64,000 nt of DNA from Myxococcota bacterium (GCA_044344255.1 JBIJDH010000006.1:160001-224000), one strand, 5' to 3'; counted from the first letter of the stretch, positions 49,560 through 60,696 are shown. A program made the numbers and translations. The notes: a model not told the origin generated them from the letters alone.

Positions 49560-49973
49560 ATGGACGCTCGCCCCGCTGAACCCCGCGCCGCCTCTCCGCT
49601 AGACCTCGGTGCGCTCCGCAGCCTGCTCTCGCGGGTCGATCACAGCGAGGCGCACAGCTTCAGCCGGGTCTTCGACATCTTCCAGGCCCTCACCGCGAGC
49701 CCCGACTTTCGGCTGGCGGGGGCGCCCGTCGAGCTCCCGCACCTCCAGCGGCTGCTCGATGAGCTGGCGGCGCGGGTCACGGGCCTGCCCACCGCCTCCG
49801 CCCAGGGCCTGCGCGCCGTGCGGCTCCAGGCCACCCACTTCGTCCATGGGTCTTGCACCATCAGCGGGCGAAGCGCCAGCTTCTTGTATTTCGAAGAGGA
49901 TGAGCGCGGGCTCGTCGCCCTGGATGACGGGGACGGGATGCTCAAGCTCTCGCGGCTCGGCCAGCGGCGCTGA
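49560..49973 (+). CDS. Hypothetical protein
   Basis: Fills the gap between flanking genes with plausible composition (FVHG...FLYFEE...GLVAL). Confidence 0.55.
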   Translation: MDARPAEPRAASPLDLGALRSLLSRVDHSEAHSFSRVFDIFQALTASPDFRLAGAPVELPHLQRLLDELAARVTGLPTASAQGLRAVRLQATHFVHGSCTISGRSASFLYFEEDERGLVALDDGDGMLKLSRLGQRR

Positions 49974-49980
49974 CCGCGGT

Positions 49981-50418
49981 TCACGGCGCGGTGGTCGTAG
50001 CGGGCAGGGCCTCCCAGGCCGCTCGCAGCGCCTCCACACGGTCCCGGTTGACACCGAGGTCGCCGTAGCCCACCCGCGAGGCGGAGCGCAGGTGGATGAG
50101 CCCCGCGGCGGGATCGGCGATGAGCTGCAGGTCGTCCACGAAGTGGAAGGTGGCCGACGTGTAGGTGAAGTGCAGGGAGGTGGCGGTCTCCCCGATGAGC
50201 TCGGTGCCCGGCTGGGCGAGCACGAGGGCGCGGAGGGCCTGGACGCTCTCGGCCGGGCTGCCCCGCAGGGGCAACGGCGCCACGTGGTGCTGGGTGTCGG
50301 TCTCTGGCGCGAGGCTCGACACACAGTTGGGGCTCTCGGGGCAGGCCGACACGCCGCCGTGCGGAGAGGGCGCGACGTCGCCGAAGCGGGAGCAGGCGAC
50401 GAGGAGGAGCAGCAGCAT
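49981..50418 (-). CDS. DUF1499 family lipoprotein
   Basis: CPESPNCVSS, FVDDL, RSASRVGYGDLGVNR.RVE. Confidence 0.9.
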   Translation of the reverse strand: MLLLLLVACSRFGDVAPSPHGGVSACPESPNCVSSLAPETDTQHHVAPLPLRGSPAESVQALRALVLAQPGTELIGETATSLHFTYTSATFHFVDDLQLIADPAAGLIHLRSASRVGYGDLGVNRDRVEALRAAWEALPATTTAP

Positions 50419-50546
50419 CGGGTCGCCCTATCCCTCGCGCGCCCGCGTCGCGAGGAGCGCGCCCCCGCGCTACGCTCGACCGAGCCCGCCGCGCTCCAGG
50501 GGTCTCCCGATGGAGGGGGGTTCACGTGATGGAGAGGGTTCACGCG

Positions 50547-53500
50547 ATGGAGCTGGCGCTCGCCCTCGAAGACCTCGCCGCCGCCTCGAGCCCCTTCCTG
50601 ATCGGGGTGAGGCACCACTCTGTCGCCCTCGCGGCGGCCGTGCCCGCGCTCCTCGAAGACGCAGCGCCTGACCGCATCTTCGTCGAGCTGCCCGCCGACT
50701 TCCAGCCTTGGCTGCCCTGGCTCGGCCACGCCGAGACCGAGGCCCCCGTCGCCCTCGCCGCGAGCCGACCGGGCCGCGAGGGCGCCTTCTACCCCTTCGC
50801 CGACTTCTCGCCGGAGCTCGCCGCCGTTCGCTGGGCGGTGGCGCGGGGGGTGCCGGTGGAGGCCTTCGACCTCCCGATGGGGGTGGACTGTCCCCGCGGC
50901 CCGGCCGAGGAGGGTGGCGAAGATGAGGGGCTGATCGAGCGCTTGCAGGCCGACCAGGGCGCCCCCGACGGCTTCAGCCTCTGGGACCGCCTCGTCGAGG
51001 CCGCGGCGGTCGGCGGCGCGCCGGAGGCCACCCGCCGGGCCGCCCTGCTCTACGGCGCGGCGCTCCGCTGGGACGCCGGCCCGCGCACCCCGCGCCGGGA
51101 CCGCCTGCGCGAGGCGTACATGCGCGCGCGCCTCCGCGACGCCGGGGCGGCCCGACCTGCGGTGGTGGTGGGCGCCTTCCACGCCCCTGCCTTGCTCGAG
51201 GGCCCTGCGCTGCTCGAGGCGCGGGCGGCTGGCCTCGATCCCGTGCCGCGGGTGGTGGACATCCCCCCCGCCGGGGCCGCGCCGGTCACCTCGCTCATCA
51301 GCTACCGCTTTGATCTCTTCGACGCTCGCTCGGGGTATCCGGCCGGGGTGCTCGACCCCGGCTGGCAGCAGAGAGTCTGGGAGGCGGCCTCGACGGGGGG
51401 AGCGATGGGGCCGGTGGTCGCCGCGGCGCTGGTCGGGGTCTGCCGAGCGCTCCGCGCCCTCCGTCACGTCGCCGGCCCCGCCGACGCCGCCGAGGCCTAC
51501 CGCCTCGCCTACGGCCTCGCCGCCCTCCGCGCGCTGCCGGCCCCCGGGCGCCGGGAGCTGCTCGAGGCCCTGGAGGCCACCCTCGGCCAGGGGGAGCTCC
51601 TCGGCCGCGGCCGCGCCCTCGCCCGCGCCCTCGAGCGCACGCTGGTGGGCAGTCGTCGGGGCCGCCTCGCCCGCCAGACCCCGGTCTGCGGCCTCCTGCC
51701 GAGCGTCGAGGCGCTGCTGCGGGGGCTGCGCCTCCCCGGCCCCGACGACGAGGTCGAGAAGCTGCTCCGCCTCGATCCCCTCCGCTCCGACCTCGATCGG
51801 CGGCGGCACGTCACCCTGCAGCGGCTCTGCGCCCTCGAGGTGCCGTACGCGATCCTCGCCGATCAGGGGGACTTCGAGGAGCGGCTCACCCACGCCTGGC
51901 GGGTGAAGTGGGAGCCGGCCACCGAGGCCAGCATCGCCCTCGCCGGCCTCTTCGGGGCCGATCTCGAGGCCGCGGTGAGCGGGCAGCTCGAGCGCGGCCG
52001 GCCGGGCGTCGAGGCGGCGGGGAGCGGACCGGCGGGGGCCGACGAGGAGGCCCCCACCGCGCAGGCCGAGCTCGCCTGGGTGGAGCGTGCGGCCGAGTGC
52101 GGCCTCCCGGCGCTCACCACCCGGGGCCTCGACCGCCTCTCCGGGGAGTTCTCGCTGCGGGCGAAGCTCGGCGAGCTCGTCTCTGCCGTCACCTTCGTCG
52201 ATCGGCTCGCGCGCGGCCACATCGCGGGCCTCCTGCGAGAGGGCTCGGCGGCGGGGGTCGCGGGCGCCCTCCCGGCCTTCGAGCTCCCCGCTGAGGCCCT
52301 CCTGGCGCTCGAGGGGGAGCTCCTCGCGGTCGGCGTGCGGGCGCTCGACGGGCTGCATGGCTCCTCCGATCCGGCCGACGCCCGCGCGCTCACCGGCCTC
52401 GTGCGCCTCGCTCGCCGGGAGGGGCGCGCCGAGGACGGTCGCCTCGGGCAGGCCGTGGAGGCCCTCGCCGGGGGCGGCGCGCCCCTGATCTCGGGCGCCG
52501 CGGAGGTGGCCCTGCTCCGCCTCGGCCGCCGCAGCGCCGCCTCGCTCGGCCTCGCGCTCGGCGCCGAGATCGAGGCCGCCGCGACCGAGGCCGCCCGTCG
52601 CGCGCTGAGCGGCCGCCTCGCCGGGGTGATGCTCGCCGCCGGGCCGCTGGTCGAGGCCGAGCCCGCCCTCCAGGACGGCCTCTGCGCGCCGATCGAGGGC
52701 CTGTGCGACGCCGACTTCCTCGATCGCCTCGCCGCCCTCCGCGGCGGCTTCCATGGGCTCAGCCCCGCCAGCCGGGAGCGACTGCTGCGCAGCCTCGCCG
52801 AGCGTGTCGGGGAGGCGCCCGGCGCCGACCCGCTCCGGCCCGACGCGCTCCGGCCCGACCCCCTCGGGGCCGACAACCTCCGCCCCGAGGCGCTGGCCTC
52901 CTACGCGGTCGCTGACGCCGCGGGCCGCGAGCGCCTCGGCGCCCTCGGGCTCCTCCCGGACCGTATCCCCGACCTCGGCTCGCCCTCCCTCGCCCTCCGG
53001 CCTCGCTCCCCCCACGCGCTCGGCCCGCTCACCCGCTGGCGCCTCGTGCTGGGCCAACGGCTGCCGCCCGACGCCGGGGAGGCGGCTCGATACGCCCACG
53101 CCCTCGATGAGCTGTACGGCGGCGGCGCCGGAGAGGGGAGCCGCGCGGAGCTCGGGGGCGGCGGCGGCCTCGAGCGGGCCTACCCCACCGCCCGCGAGTG
53201 GGCCGACGAGGTGGGGGCGCTCTTCGGGGCCGAGCTGCGCGAGGAGGTGATCGGCCGGGCGGCGGAGGCGGGCGACGTCCACGCCCTCCTGCTCGCCGAT
53301 CCCGACACCGTGAGCCCCTCGGTCGAGCTGCTCGAGCGCGCCCTCTCGCTCCAAGGGGGGCTCTCCGAGGGCCAGCTCGAGCACCTCCGCGCGCTGTGCC
53401 GCCGGGTCACCGAGGCCCTCGTGCAGGCGCTATCCCTCCGCGTCCGCCCCGCGCTCGGCGGTCTCTGTTCGCCGCGCCCCACGCGACGGCGCACCGACCG

Positions 53501-54113
53501 GCTGCACCTCCGCCGCACCGTCGAGGCCAACCTCCGCACCGCCGAGCAGGGCCCCGAGGGTTGGCGGATCGTGCCGGAGCGGCTCCACTTTCGTGCGCGC
53601 TCTCGTCGGGAGATGGACTGGCACATCGTGCTGGTGGTCGACACGTCGGGCTCGATGGAGGCCTCGGTCATCTACGCGGCGATGATGGCCGCCATCCTCG
53701 CGGCGCTCCCCGCTGTGCACGTCTCGTTCTACGCCTTCTCGGACACGGTCATCGACTTCACCGAGCGGGTGGCCGACCCCCTCGCCCTGCTCCTCGAGGT
53801 GAAGGTGGGCGGCGGGACCCGCATCCACCGCGCCCTTCGATACGCGCGTGAACAGATGCGCGTACCCTCCCGGAGCCTGCTGTTGCTGATCACGGACTTC
53901 GAGGAGGGGGGATCGGTGGCCGCGCTGCAGGCGGAGGTGCGGGCCCTGGCCGAGTCGGGCGTGAAGCTGCTCGGCCTCGCCGCCCTCGGGGACGACGCGA
54001 AGCCCCGCTACTGCGAGCCCATCGCGCGGCGGGTCGTGGCGGCGGGGATGCCGGTGGCGGCGCTCAGCCCGCTCGAGCTCGCCCGCTGGGTGGGGGAGCA
54101 GCTCCGTGGGTAG
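50547..54113 (+). CDS. DUF5682 (YehM-like) protein fused to a VWA/CoxE (YehP-like) domain
   Basis: IGVRHHS, ELPADF, YPFADFSPE, RE.YM, GAFH, SGYPAG. C-terminal RWRLVLG, VVDTSGSM (MIDAS), GGGT.I, ITDFEEG. Start may be 50526/50529. Confidence 0.88.
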   Translation: MELALALEDLAAASSPFLIGVRHHSVALAAAVPALLEDAAPDRIFVELPADFQPWLPWLGHAETEAPVALAASRPGREGAFYPFADFSPELAAVRWAVARGVPVEAFDLPMGVDCPRGPAEEGGEDEGLIERLQADQGAPDGFSLWDRLVEAAAVGGAPEATRRAALLYGAALRWDAGPRTPRRDRLREAYMRARLRDAGAARPAVVVGAFHAPALLEGPALLEARAAGLDPVPRVVDIPPAGAAPVTSLISYRFDLFDARSGYPAGVLDPGWQQRVWEAASTGGAMGPVVAAALVGVCRALRALRHVAGPADAAEAYRLAYGLAALRALPAPGRRELLEALEATLGQGELLGRGRALARALERTLVGSRRGRLARQTPVCGLLPSVEALLRGLRLPGPDDEVEKLLRLDPLRSDLDRRRHVTLQRLCALEVPYAILADQGDFEERLTHAWRVKWEPATEASIALAGLFGADLEAAVSGQLERGRPGVEAAGSGPAGADEEAPTAQAELAWVERAAECGLPALTTRGLDRLSGEFSLRAKLGELVSAVTFVDRLARGHIAGLLREGSAAGVAGALPAFELPAEALLALEGELLAVGVRALDGLHGSSDPADARALTGLVRLARREGRAEDGRLGQAVEALAGGGAPLISGAAEVALLRLGRRSAASLGLALGAEIEAAATEAARRALSGRLAGVMLAAGPLVEAEPALQDGLCAPIEGLCDADFLDRLAALRGGFHGLSPASRERLLRSLAERVGEAPGADPLRPDALRPDPLGADNLRPEALASYAVADAAGRERLGALGLLPDRIPDLGSPSLALRPRSPHALGPLTRWRLVLGQRLPPDAGEAARYAHALDELYGGGAGEGSRAELGGGGGLERAYPTAREWADEVGALFGAELREEVIGRAAEAGDVHALLLADPDTVSPSVELLERALSLQGGLSEGQLEHLRALCRRVTEALVQALSLRVRPALGGLCSPRPTRRRTDRLHLRRTVEANLRTAEQGPEGWRIVPERLHFRARSRREMDWHIVLVVDTSGSMEASVIYAAMMAAILAALPAVHVSFYAFSDTVIDFTERVADPLALLLEVKVGGGTRIHRALRYAREQMRVPSRSLLLLITDFEEGGSVAALQAEVRALAESGVKLLGLAALGDDAKPRYCEPIARRVVAAGMPVAALSPLELARWVGEQLRG

Positions 54114-55812
54114 GCCCGCCCGCGCCCCGGGCCTGCTGGCGGCGGTCGAGGCCAGCCTCTCGGCGCGCATCGCGAAGCGGGTCAAGGAGAACCCGGCCTT
54201 GGCCGAGGGTTGGGCCTGGTCCGAGCAGGACGGCGTCACGCGGGTGAAGACCGACGACCCCGTCGTCGAGCTCCGTGCGGAGTCGAACCAGGTGGAGCTC
54301 GCGGGGATCCGCTGCTCCTGCCTGCTGGCGCCGAAGTGTGTCCACATCTTCGCGGTCGTGACGGCCCTGCCCGACCCCGCGGCGGCCGCACAGAAGGCCG
54401 ACGTGGGCGGAGCGCCTGCCAGCCCGCTCCCGGGCCTACCGGCCTCACCGGCCTCACCGGCTCCGGCGGCGCCGACGGTGTGCCTCTCAGCCGAGCAGGC
54501 CGCGGCGGCCAAGGCCGTCGAGGCCGTGTTGATCGAGCTCCTCGCCGAGGGAGCCCACGGCGTGGGCCTGCTCGGGCGCGCCGAGCTCTCCCGCGTCGGC
54601 TACCTCGCCCGCGAGACCGGGCTCCACCGCCTCGGCCGGGTCCTCTCTCGCCTCGTCCGCCAGCTCCGCCTCCTCGAGGCCGGACACGCCGGCTTCACGC
54701 TGTCCGCCCTCGTGGAGGACCTGCGGGAGGCCGCCCTCCTCTCCCGTTCCCTCGGCGCCGGCGCGGCGCCCGCCGCCGCCGTGGGCACCGCGCGGCGCGA
54801 GTACGGGCCGGCGGGGCACCTCCGCCTCTTCGGGCTGCTCTCCGAGCCCGTCTTCGGCGCCGGCGGGGTGGCGGGCGTGGTCACCACGCTCGCCGACGCC
54901 CAGGGCGGGCGCTGGACCGTGCCCGACCTCCGCCCCCGACCGAGCGCCGCGGTGATGGGGCTCTACGGGGTGGCCCCGCCGGTGAGCAGCCTGCCGCATG
55001 AGCGCCTCAGCCGCGAGGGTCTGTTCATTCAAGGCGCCACCGCCTCTGTCGAGGGGCGGCTCGGCGCAGGCAGCGGTGTGGCGGCGGTCCGCGCCGCCGG
55101 AGGGAGCTTCTCGGCCCCCCCCCTCTCCGCCGCCTGGGAGCGCCCCCTCCCCGAGCAGCTTCGGCGAGCCTTCGCCGAGGACAGCGATGGGCTCGTCTTC
55201 ATCGAGGGTGAAGTCCAGGGGGTCTGGCGGGACGCCCTCGTGCTCACCGGGCCCTGCTATGTGCTGGTCGGGACGAACCACAAGGCCTTCCCCTGGCGGG
55301 ACAACCTCAAGCTGCTCGCTCGGTGCCCGGGCCTGGCGCTCCGCCTGGTCGGCCGGGTGGTCCCGGATCGCCCGCGCGCCGTGATCGGCCTCGCGCTGTC
55401 CGCGCCGGGGCTCCAGCTACCCGCCGAGTGGGGTGGTCGAGTGAACCTGGGCTTTGACCGGCTGACCACCGCGCATGCTCCGGGGTGCGCCGCGGCGCCG
55501 ATCGAGCTCGACGGCCAGCCTCCGCTCGCGCCCGATCCCTCCGAGGCGCTGCGGCGCCGGGTCGAGCGCGCGGCCTTGGGGGGCCCCGGCTCCCTGCCCG
55601 GCGCGGCCTTCGGGCAGCTCAGCCGCGAGGTGGGCGCCCTCCGCGGCCACCTGATGGCGACCGGGGCTGACCTGCTCGCCGCCCTCGCCGGCGCCGCCCG
55701 CTCTGGCGACGCCGCCGCCTTCGCCGAGCGCTGGCTGGCCGCGGCCCTCTACGCGGAGTCCACCCAGCGGCGCCTCGCCGAGGCCGCCTGGGAGGCGCGC
55801 GCCAGCCCCTGA
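54106..55812 (+). CDS. SWIM zinc-finger protein (YehQ-like)
   Basis: CSCLLAPKCVH; overlaps the end of the DUF5682-VWA gene. Confidence 0.78.
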   Translation: MGRPARAPGLLAAVEASLSARIAKRVKENPALAEGWAWSEQDGVTRVKTDDPVVELRAESNQVELAGIRCSCLLAPKCVHIFAVVTALPDPAAAAQKADVGGAPASPLPGLPASPASPAPAAPTVCLSAEQAAAAKAVEAVLIELLAEGAHGVGLLGRAELSRVGYLARETGLHRLGRVLSRLVRQLRLLEAGHAGFTLSALVEDLREAALLSRSLGAGAAPAAAVGTARREYGPAGHLRLFGLLSEPVFGAGGVAGVVTTLADAQGGRWTVPDLRPRPSAAVMGLYGVAPPVSSLPHERLSREGLFIQGATASVEGRLGAGSGVAAVRAAGGSFSAPPLSAAWERPLPEQLRRAFAEDSDGLVFIEGEVQGVWRDALVLTGPCYVLVGTNHKAFPWRDNLKLLARCPGLALRLVGRVVPDRPRAVIGLALSAPGLQLPAEWGGRVNLGFDRLTTAHAPGCAAAPIELDGQPPLAPDPSEALRRRVERAALGGPGSLPGAAFGQLSREVGALRGHLMATGADLLAALAGAARSGDAAAFAERWLAAALYAESTQRRLAEAAWEARASP

Positions 55813-55819
55813 GGGAGCC

Positions 55820-57538
55820 TCAGCGGTGCGCGCCGAGCGAGGCCGGAGGGTCGGCGTCGAAGTGATCGGGGAGCCCTCGGTCTTCGGGGCCCGCCGCCAG
55901 GACGCGGTTCCTCCCAGCCGCCTTGGCTCGGTACAAGGCGCGGTCGGCCTCCAGCATGCCGATGATGATCGCGTCCCGGCTCTGGCCCACCGCCGTCACG
56001 CCGCCGCTGACGGTCACCGGGATCGGGCCGCGGGGGGTGTCGAAGGGCCGCCCGCCGATGGCCTCGCGGATCCGCTCGGCGGCCTGGAGGCCCGCGGCCT
56101 CGGGCGTCTCGACGAAGCCGACACAGATCTCCTCTCCGCCCCAGCGGCCCACGATGTCGAGGTCACGGGTGACCGAGAGGATTCGCTTCCCGAGCTCGAT
56201 GAGCACCAGATCGCCGGTCGCGTGGCCGAACTGGTCGTTGATCAGCTTGAAGTTGTCGACGTCGAAGATGGCGAGGCAGAGGGGAGGGCCCCCCGGCGGG
56301 ACCCGGGCCGCGGCCTCTTGGAGGAGGGCGTCGGTGTGGCGACGATTGGCGATGCCCATGAGCGTGTCGATGCGGGCGAAGCGTAAGAGTTCGCCACGGA
56401 GCAGCTCTTCACGCGCGAGGGCGGCGCGCAGCGCCCCGTTGGCCTGCTCGAGGGCGGCGCTGCGGGTGCGCTCGGCCTCCACCTGCTGGCGGGCGAGGCG
56501 GGCCTCGTGGCGGGCCTCGAGGGCCCGGAGCCGCTGCTCGGTGGCGGCGGCGTCCATGCGGGACTGGATCTCCACGTGAGTCTGGAGGGCCCGCAGCGCG
56601 CCCCCGACGTCCCCTTGGGCTTCCAGCGCCGCGCATTTCGCCTTCTGCGCCAGGGAGACCACCCCCTCGAAGCCCCGTGCCTCGCCGATGGCCAGCGCGA
56701 GGTCGGCCTCCCGCAGCGCCATCGAGGACTGGCCCGCCGCGTTGAAGTAGCCGGCCACGAGCAGATGGTGGCGCGCGATCTGGTAGGGGTTGTCGAGCTC
56801 GCGGAGGAGGGAGGCGCTCGCGGCGTAGAGGTCGAGGCCCTCCCGGAACTGGCCTTGCTCACAGTGGATGCCGCCCCGGCCGGCGTAGATGAGCGCGCGG
56901 ACGAGCGTCTGGCCGAGCTCGGTGGCGAGGCGCTGGCCCTCGTCGTAGGCGGCGCGGGCCTCCTCGAAGCGGCGCTGCCGGAGGAGGGCGCCGCCGAGGT
57001 TGCAGAGCGCCAGCGCCGTCAGCGCGCCGTCGCTCGCCGCGCGGGCGAGGGTGAGGGCGCGCTCGGTGAGGGCGGCGTACGGCTCCGGCTCGTCGCGCTC
57101 CCCGTGGATGTAGCCGAGGCACACGAGGGCGTCGGCCTCGTCCCGCAGCGAGCCGGCCGCGGCGGCCTCGTCGCGGGCCTTGGCGGCGGCCTCGAGGGCC
57201 CGATTCAGGTCGCCCGCCCGGATGGCGCCGCGGGTGGCTTGGAGGAGGCTCTGGATGAAGAGGGGTTGGTCGCCCGCGCTCTCGGCCTCGCGGGCGGCCT
57301 CCTCCAGGCGGAGCAGGCCGCGGAGGGGATCGGGGCCGCCGATGTCCCAGCGCCCGAGCAGGTGCAGCCAGACGGCGCGCTCGGCTCCCTCGCTGGCGCG
57401 CTCGGCGGCCTCGGCCTCGGCGCGCATGGCCCATCGCTCGGTCTGGCAGGCCTGCGTCCAGGCGTCGAGCCGCTCACCGAGGGCCGAACGAAGGCTCGGG
57501 CCGGGCCGAGGGAGGACTGTCGATCTCGACTCAGTCAT
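55820..57538 (-). CDS. TPR-containing diguanylate cyclase
   Basis: TPR-like helices, D.LMG.ANRR, DVDNFK.INDQFGH..GD, I-site RDLD, GGEEI, AD.ALY.AK..GRN. Confidence 0.9.
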   Translation of the reverse strand: MTESRSTVLPRPGPSLRSALGERLDAWTQACQTERWAMRAEAEAAERASEGAERAVWLHLLGRWDIGGPDPLRGLLRLEEAAREAESAGDQPLFIQSLLQATRGAIRAGDLNRALEAAAKARDEAAAAGSLRDEADALVCLGYIHGERDEPEPYAALTERALTLARAASDGALTALALCNLGGALLRQRRFEEARAAYDEGQRLATELGQTLVRALIYAGRGGIHCEQGQFREGLDLYAASASLLRELDNPYQIARHHLLVAGYFNAAGQSSMALREADLALAIGEARGFEGVVSLAQKAKCAALEAQGDVGGALRALQTHVEIQSRMDAAATEQRLRALEARHEARLARQQVEAERTRSAALEQANGALRAALAREELLRGELLRFARIDTLMGIANRRHTDALLQEAAARVPPGGPPLCLAIFDVDNFKLINDQFGHATGDLVLIELGKRILSVTRDLDIVGRWGGEEICVGFVETPEAAGLQAAERIREAIGGRPFDTPRGPIPVTVSGGVTAVGQSRDAIIIGMLEADRALYRAKAAGRNRVLAAGPEDRGLPDHFDADPPASLGAHR

Positions 57539-57771
57539 TTTGGGTGGGGCGATAGCGGCGATGACACAGCGCGGAGCGGATCATGGCGACGAGCCTGGGC
57601 GACGGGCGAGGCGCGGTGCCGCGCCACGCCGCAGGTATATCCGATCGAGGCTCCTTGACCCGTTCACAGTCATTTTGATTCGGCTCCTGGAGCTGGCGCA
57701 CGCTGTTCCGTTTGGATCATCGAGCGGACGCCCCGGGGGCCATGGCCGAGAGGCCCAGCCGGTCGCCTCGA

Positions 57772-59373
57772 TCAGGCGGGGATCTCTTGGATCCCAGCGT
57801 GGGCGAAGGTGACGTGCTCCCACTGCCCGAGCGAGGCCGACCCGGAGGCGGCGCCCAGCTCGGTGAGGCTGAAGGTCGCGCCGTCCCAGGTCAGGTGGTA
57901 GAGCCCCACCCGGCTGACGCTCTCCATGGTGAAGAGCACGTCCCCGGCGATGCTCAGGAGCTCGTCTCCGTCCACTCCCACGAGGCGACTCGTGCCGTAG
58001 TTCACGCCGAAGAAGTTCTCGTTCGGCTCGACGATGTCGATGTCTTCGACGTTCACGCCCAGCGAGTAGGTGGTGTAGGCGCCCGTGGTGTCGAAGGCGT
58101 AGAGCAGGCCCACCTCTTCGGCGCCCGCGATGATGCAGCCGGCGAGCGGCCCGAAGCGCTCCGGGGAGTCGGGCACGGTGATGAGCCCCTCGAGGTGCAC
58201 GCCGGCCACCTTCGCCACCTGCGTCGGGTTGGCGGCGGCGTCGATGCGCCAGACCTCACCGTAGGTGGTGACGACGATGAGGTCTCCGCCCCAGACGCCG
58301 GTGCGATCGACGTAGAGCGAGCCGCGCATCAGGCCGTTGTTGAAGCCCGGCAGGGTGACCCAGGGGTTGGTGATGGTGGCGCCGTCGGCGCTGATCTTCA
58401 CCACCTGCCCGTCGAGGCCGTTGCCGACGAAGAGCTCACCCCGGTTGAAGCCGGCGGGGTTGTCCGATCGGGCGGTGGCGATCTTGACCTCGTCGGTGAG
58501 GCCGGACATCGCCGAGAAGGTGGCGTGGCTGCCGTCAGCGGCCACCTGCTCGAGGGTGGTCGGGTTGCCGGTCGGGTAGTTCACCGACATCACCACCGTG
58601 CCCGACGACTCGTGAAAGTCGATGCCGATCGGGGAGTTGAAGGAGGTGGAGATCGCGACGAAGGAGACGGTGGGGGTGCCGGCGTCGTTCCGCACGTCCC
58701 GCCAGTTCTCGAGGCCGTCGCCGTCCCAGTCCTCGACCCCCTCGCGGGCGTCGGTCATGCCGTCGCCGTCTGCGTCTTCGTCGCGATAGTCGGCGGTGCC
58801 GTCGAGGTCGGTGTCCTCGGGGGCGCCGGCGTCGAGGGGCGCGGCCTCGACGAGGTCAGAGATGCCGTCGTTGTCGCTGTCGTCGTCGTGGACGTCGGTG
58901 ACGCCGTCGCCGTCGGTGTCGGCGGGCCCGCCGTCGGACTCGCGCGGGGCGCCCTCGAGCTCGTCGGAGACGCCGTCGTCGTCGCTGTCGAGGTCGAGGT
59001 AGTCGGGGGTGCCGTCGCCGTCGAAGTCCACCGTGGCCTCGGGGGTCTCGGCGCGGCCCTCCTCGCGGTCGGAGAGCCCGTCGCCGTCCGAGTCTCCGGC
59101 GTAGGGATCGGTCGGCTCCCCGGTGTCACCGGCGGTGTCGCCGCCGGTGTCCGGGACGGCGGTGTCGGGCGGATCGCTGTCGGGGGCGGTGTCGGGTGGG
59201 TCGCTGTCGGCGCCACCGCCCCCGTCGGCGCTGGTGATGCCGGAGTCGAGGGGTGCGGGTTCGTCGCCCTTTGGGGAATCGACCGGCTGCGCGCAGGCGA
59301 GGAGCCCGGAGAGCGCGATGGTGAGGACGGCGCGAGGGACACGGCGAGCGCGAGCGGGGGCCGGGGACTGCAT
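57772..59373 (-). CDS. Lipoprotein with Ca-binding DxDxDG repeats and a C-terminal beta-propeller-like domain
   Basis: Lipobox LLAC; repeats [39 protein letters not shown]; beta-rich C-terminus. Confidence 0.75.
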   Translation of the reverse strand: MQSPAPARARRVPRAVLTIALSGLLACAQPVDSPKGDEPAPLDSGITSADGGGGADSDPPDTAPDSDPPDTAVPDTGGDTAGDTGEPTDPYAGDSDGDGLSDREEGRAETPEATVDFDGDGTPDYLDLDSDDDGVSDELEGAPRESDGGPADTDGDGVTDVHDDDSDNDGISDLVEAAPLDAGAPEDTDLDGTADYRDEDADGDGMTDAREGVEDWDGDGLENWRDVRNDAGTPTVSFVAISTSFNSPIGIDFHESSGTVVMSVNYPTGNPTTLEQVAADGSHATFSAMSGLTDEVKIATARSDNPAGFNRGELFVGNGLDGQVVKISADGATITNPWVTLPGFNNGLMRGSLYVDRTGVWGGDLIVVTTYGEVWRIDAAANPTQVAKVAGVHLEGLITVPDSPERFGPLAGCIIAGAEEVGLLYAFDTTGAYTTYSLGVNVEDIDIVEPNENFFGVNYGTSRLVGVDGDELLSIAGDVLFTMESVSRVGLYHLTWDGATFSLTELGAASGSASLGQWEHVTFAHAGIQEIPA

Positions 59374-59457
59374 CGGGGGGGACCTCTCTCCGGGGCCTCC
59401 GCTGCGAGGCGCCGAAGACCCCGACGATAGCACGCCCCTCCCCGGCGCTCGCCCGCC

Positions 59458-60696
59458 TCAGAAGCCGACCACCGAGGCCAGCGTGAACTGGTTGAAGAGC
59501 GGGTCATCCGCCCCCTCGAGCTTGCCTTGGGTCCAGATCGCCTGGAGCTTGCCCTTGTGGCCGAGGTTGTCCCCCGGCTTGCCGCCGCTGTCGGGGAGGA
59601 AGTAGGAAAGGCCCGCCTCGAGGGTGGTGAGCGTGTCGTCCTTCGCCGCGCTGTCGGTGTTGGGGTCGAGGGCGGCGTAGCGGAGGCCGGGGGCGAGGCC
59701 CATGGGCAGGTAGTAGCCGACCTGGGCGTAGTAGCCTCGGCTCTTCAACGGATCGATGGCGTCGTCGGCCGAGGTGTAGTTGCCCATGAGGAGCTCCCCG
59801 TTCACGGTCAGGCCCGCGGCGGCGAAGCGCAGCTCGGCGCCGTAGCGGCTGTCCTTGTCCTTTCCGTCGGACTTGCCGGCGGTGTCGAAGACGGGGTGGG
59901 CGTTCTGGGTGAAGGCGCCGCCCAGGGAGAGGCGGGGCTTGCCGCGCGCGAAGTCGACCTCGTCGTACTTGAACTCGCCGAGGGGGGCGACCGCCACGCG
60001 GGCGAGCAACATCGAGCCGTCGTCCGGGGGCCAGACGTTGGCGCCGTCACCGTTGAACACGCCGGCCTGGTACTCGACCTTCTTCTCGGCGACGGTGCCC
60101 TGGAGGTGCGCGCCGACGTCGCGGGAGTAGGAGTAGCCTCCGACCTTCAGCGCCCCGACCTTCAGGCCGTCGACGGGCAGGGCCCGCTCGGCGAGGAGGA
60201 GGTTCGTGTCCGAGGTGACGTTCTCCGCGGTGAAGGGGACCTTGTACTGCCCGGCGGCGAGCTCGGCGTAGGGCGCGAACTTGTAGATGATCTGGGCGTC
60301 GTCGAGCAGGGGCTTGGTGGCCTGCTGGCTGCCGCCGGCGCCGTCGGAGAAGCCGAAGCCGCGCGCGGCGTCGATTCGGAATCGGTAGTCGATCTTGCCG
60401 GCGAGGGTGCCGTTGACCGTGAAGAGGGCGCGGCGGATGCGAAAGCCCTGCTCGATCACGTGGTCGGCGTCAGTGGCGTCGGGGTCGCCGGCGAGCGTGT
60501 ACTGGAACCGGGGCTGGAGCGACATCCCGATGTTGAGGTCGTTCTTGCCGGAGGCGTCGGTGATGTTGAAGCCCTTCTTCGTGAGCCCTGCGCTGCCTGG
60601 CGCCTCGTCGGCCTGGGCCGGGTTGGCGGACACGAGGGCGGCGGTGACGAGCAGGAGGGCGACGGGGCCGGTGGGGCGGCGGGTGGGAGCGTGCAT
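59458..60696 (-). CDS. Phosphate-selective porin OprO/OprP-like
   Basis: Signal peptide, FRIRRA, GQYKVPF, RDVG, YQAGVFNG, GYYAQVGY, terminal Phe. Confidence 0.82.
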   Translation of the reverse strand: MHAPTRRPTGPVALLLVTAALVSANPAQADEAPGSAGLTKKGFNITDASGKNDLNIGMSLQPRFQYTLAGDPDATDADHVIEQGFRIRRALFTVNGTLAGKIDYRFRIDAARGFGFSDGAGGSQQATKPLLDDAQIIYKFAPYAELAAGQYKVPFTAENVTSDTNLLLAERALPVDGLKVGALKVGGYSYSRDVGAHLQGTVAEKKVEYQAGVFNGDGANVWPPDDGSMLLARVAVAPLGEFKYDEVDFARGKPRLSLGGAFTQNAHPVFDTAGKSDGKDKDSRYGAELRFAAAGLTVNGELLMGNYTSADDAIDPLKSRGYYAQVGYYLPMGLAPGLRYAALDPNTDSAAKDDTLTTLEAGLSYFLPDSGGKPGDNLGHKGKLQAIWTQGKLEGADDPLFNQFTLASVVGF

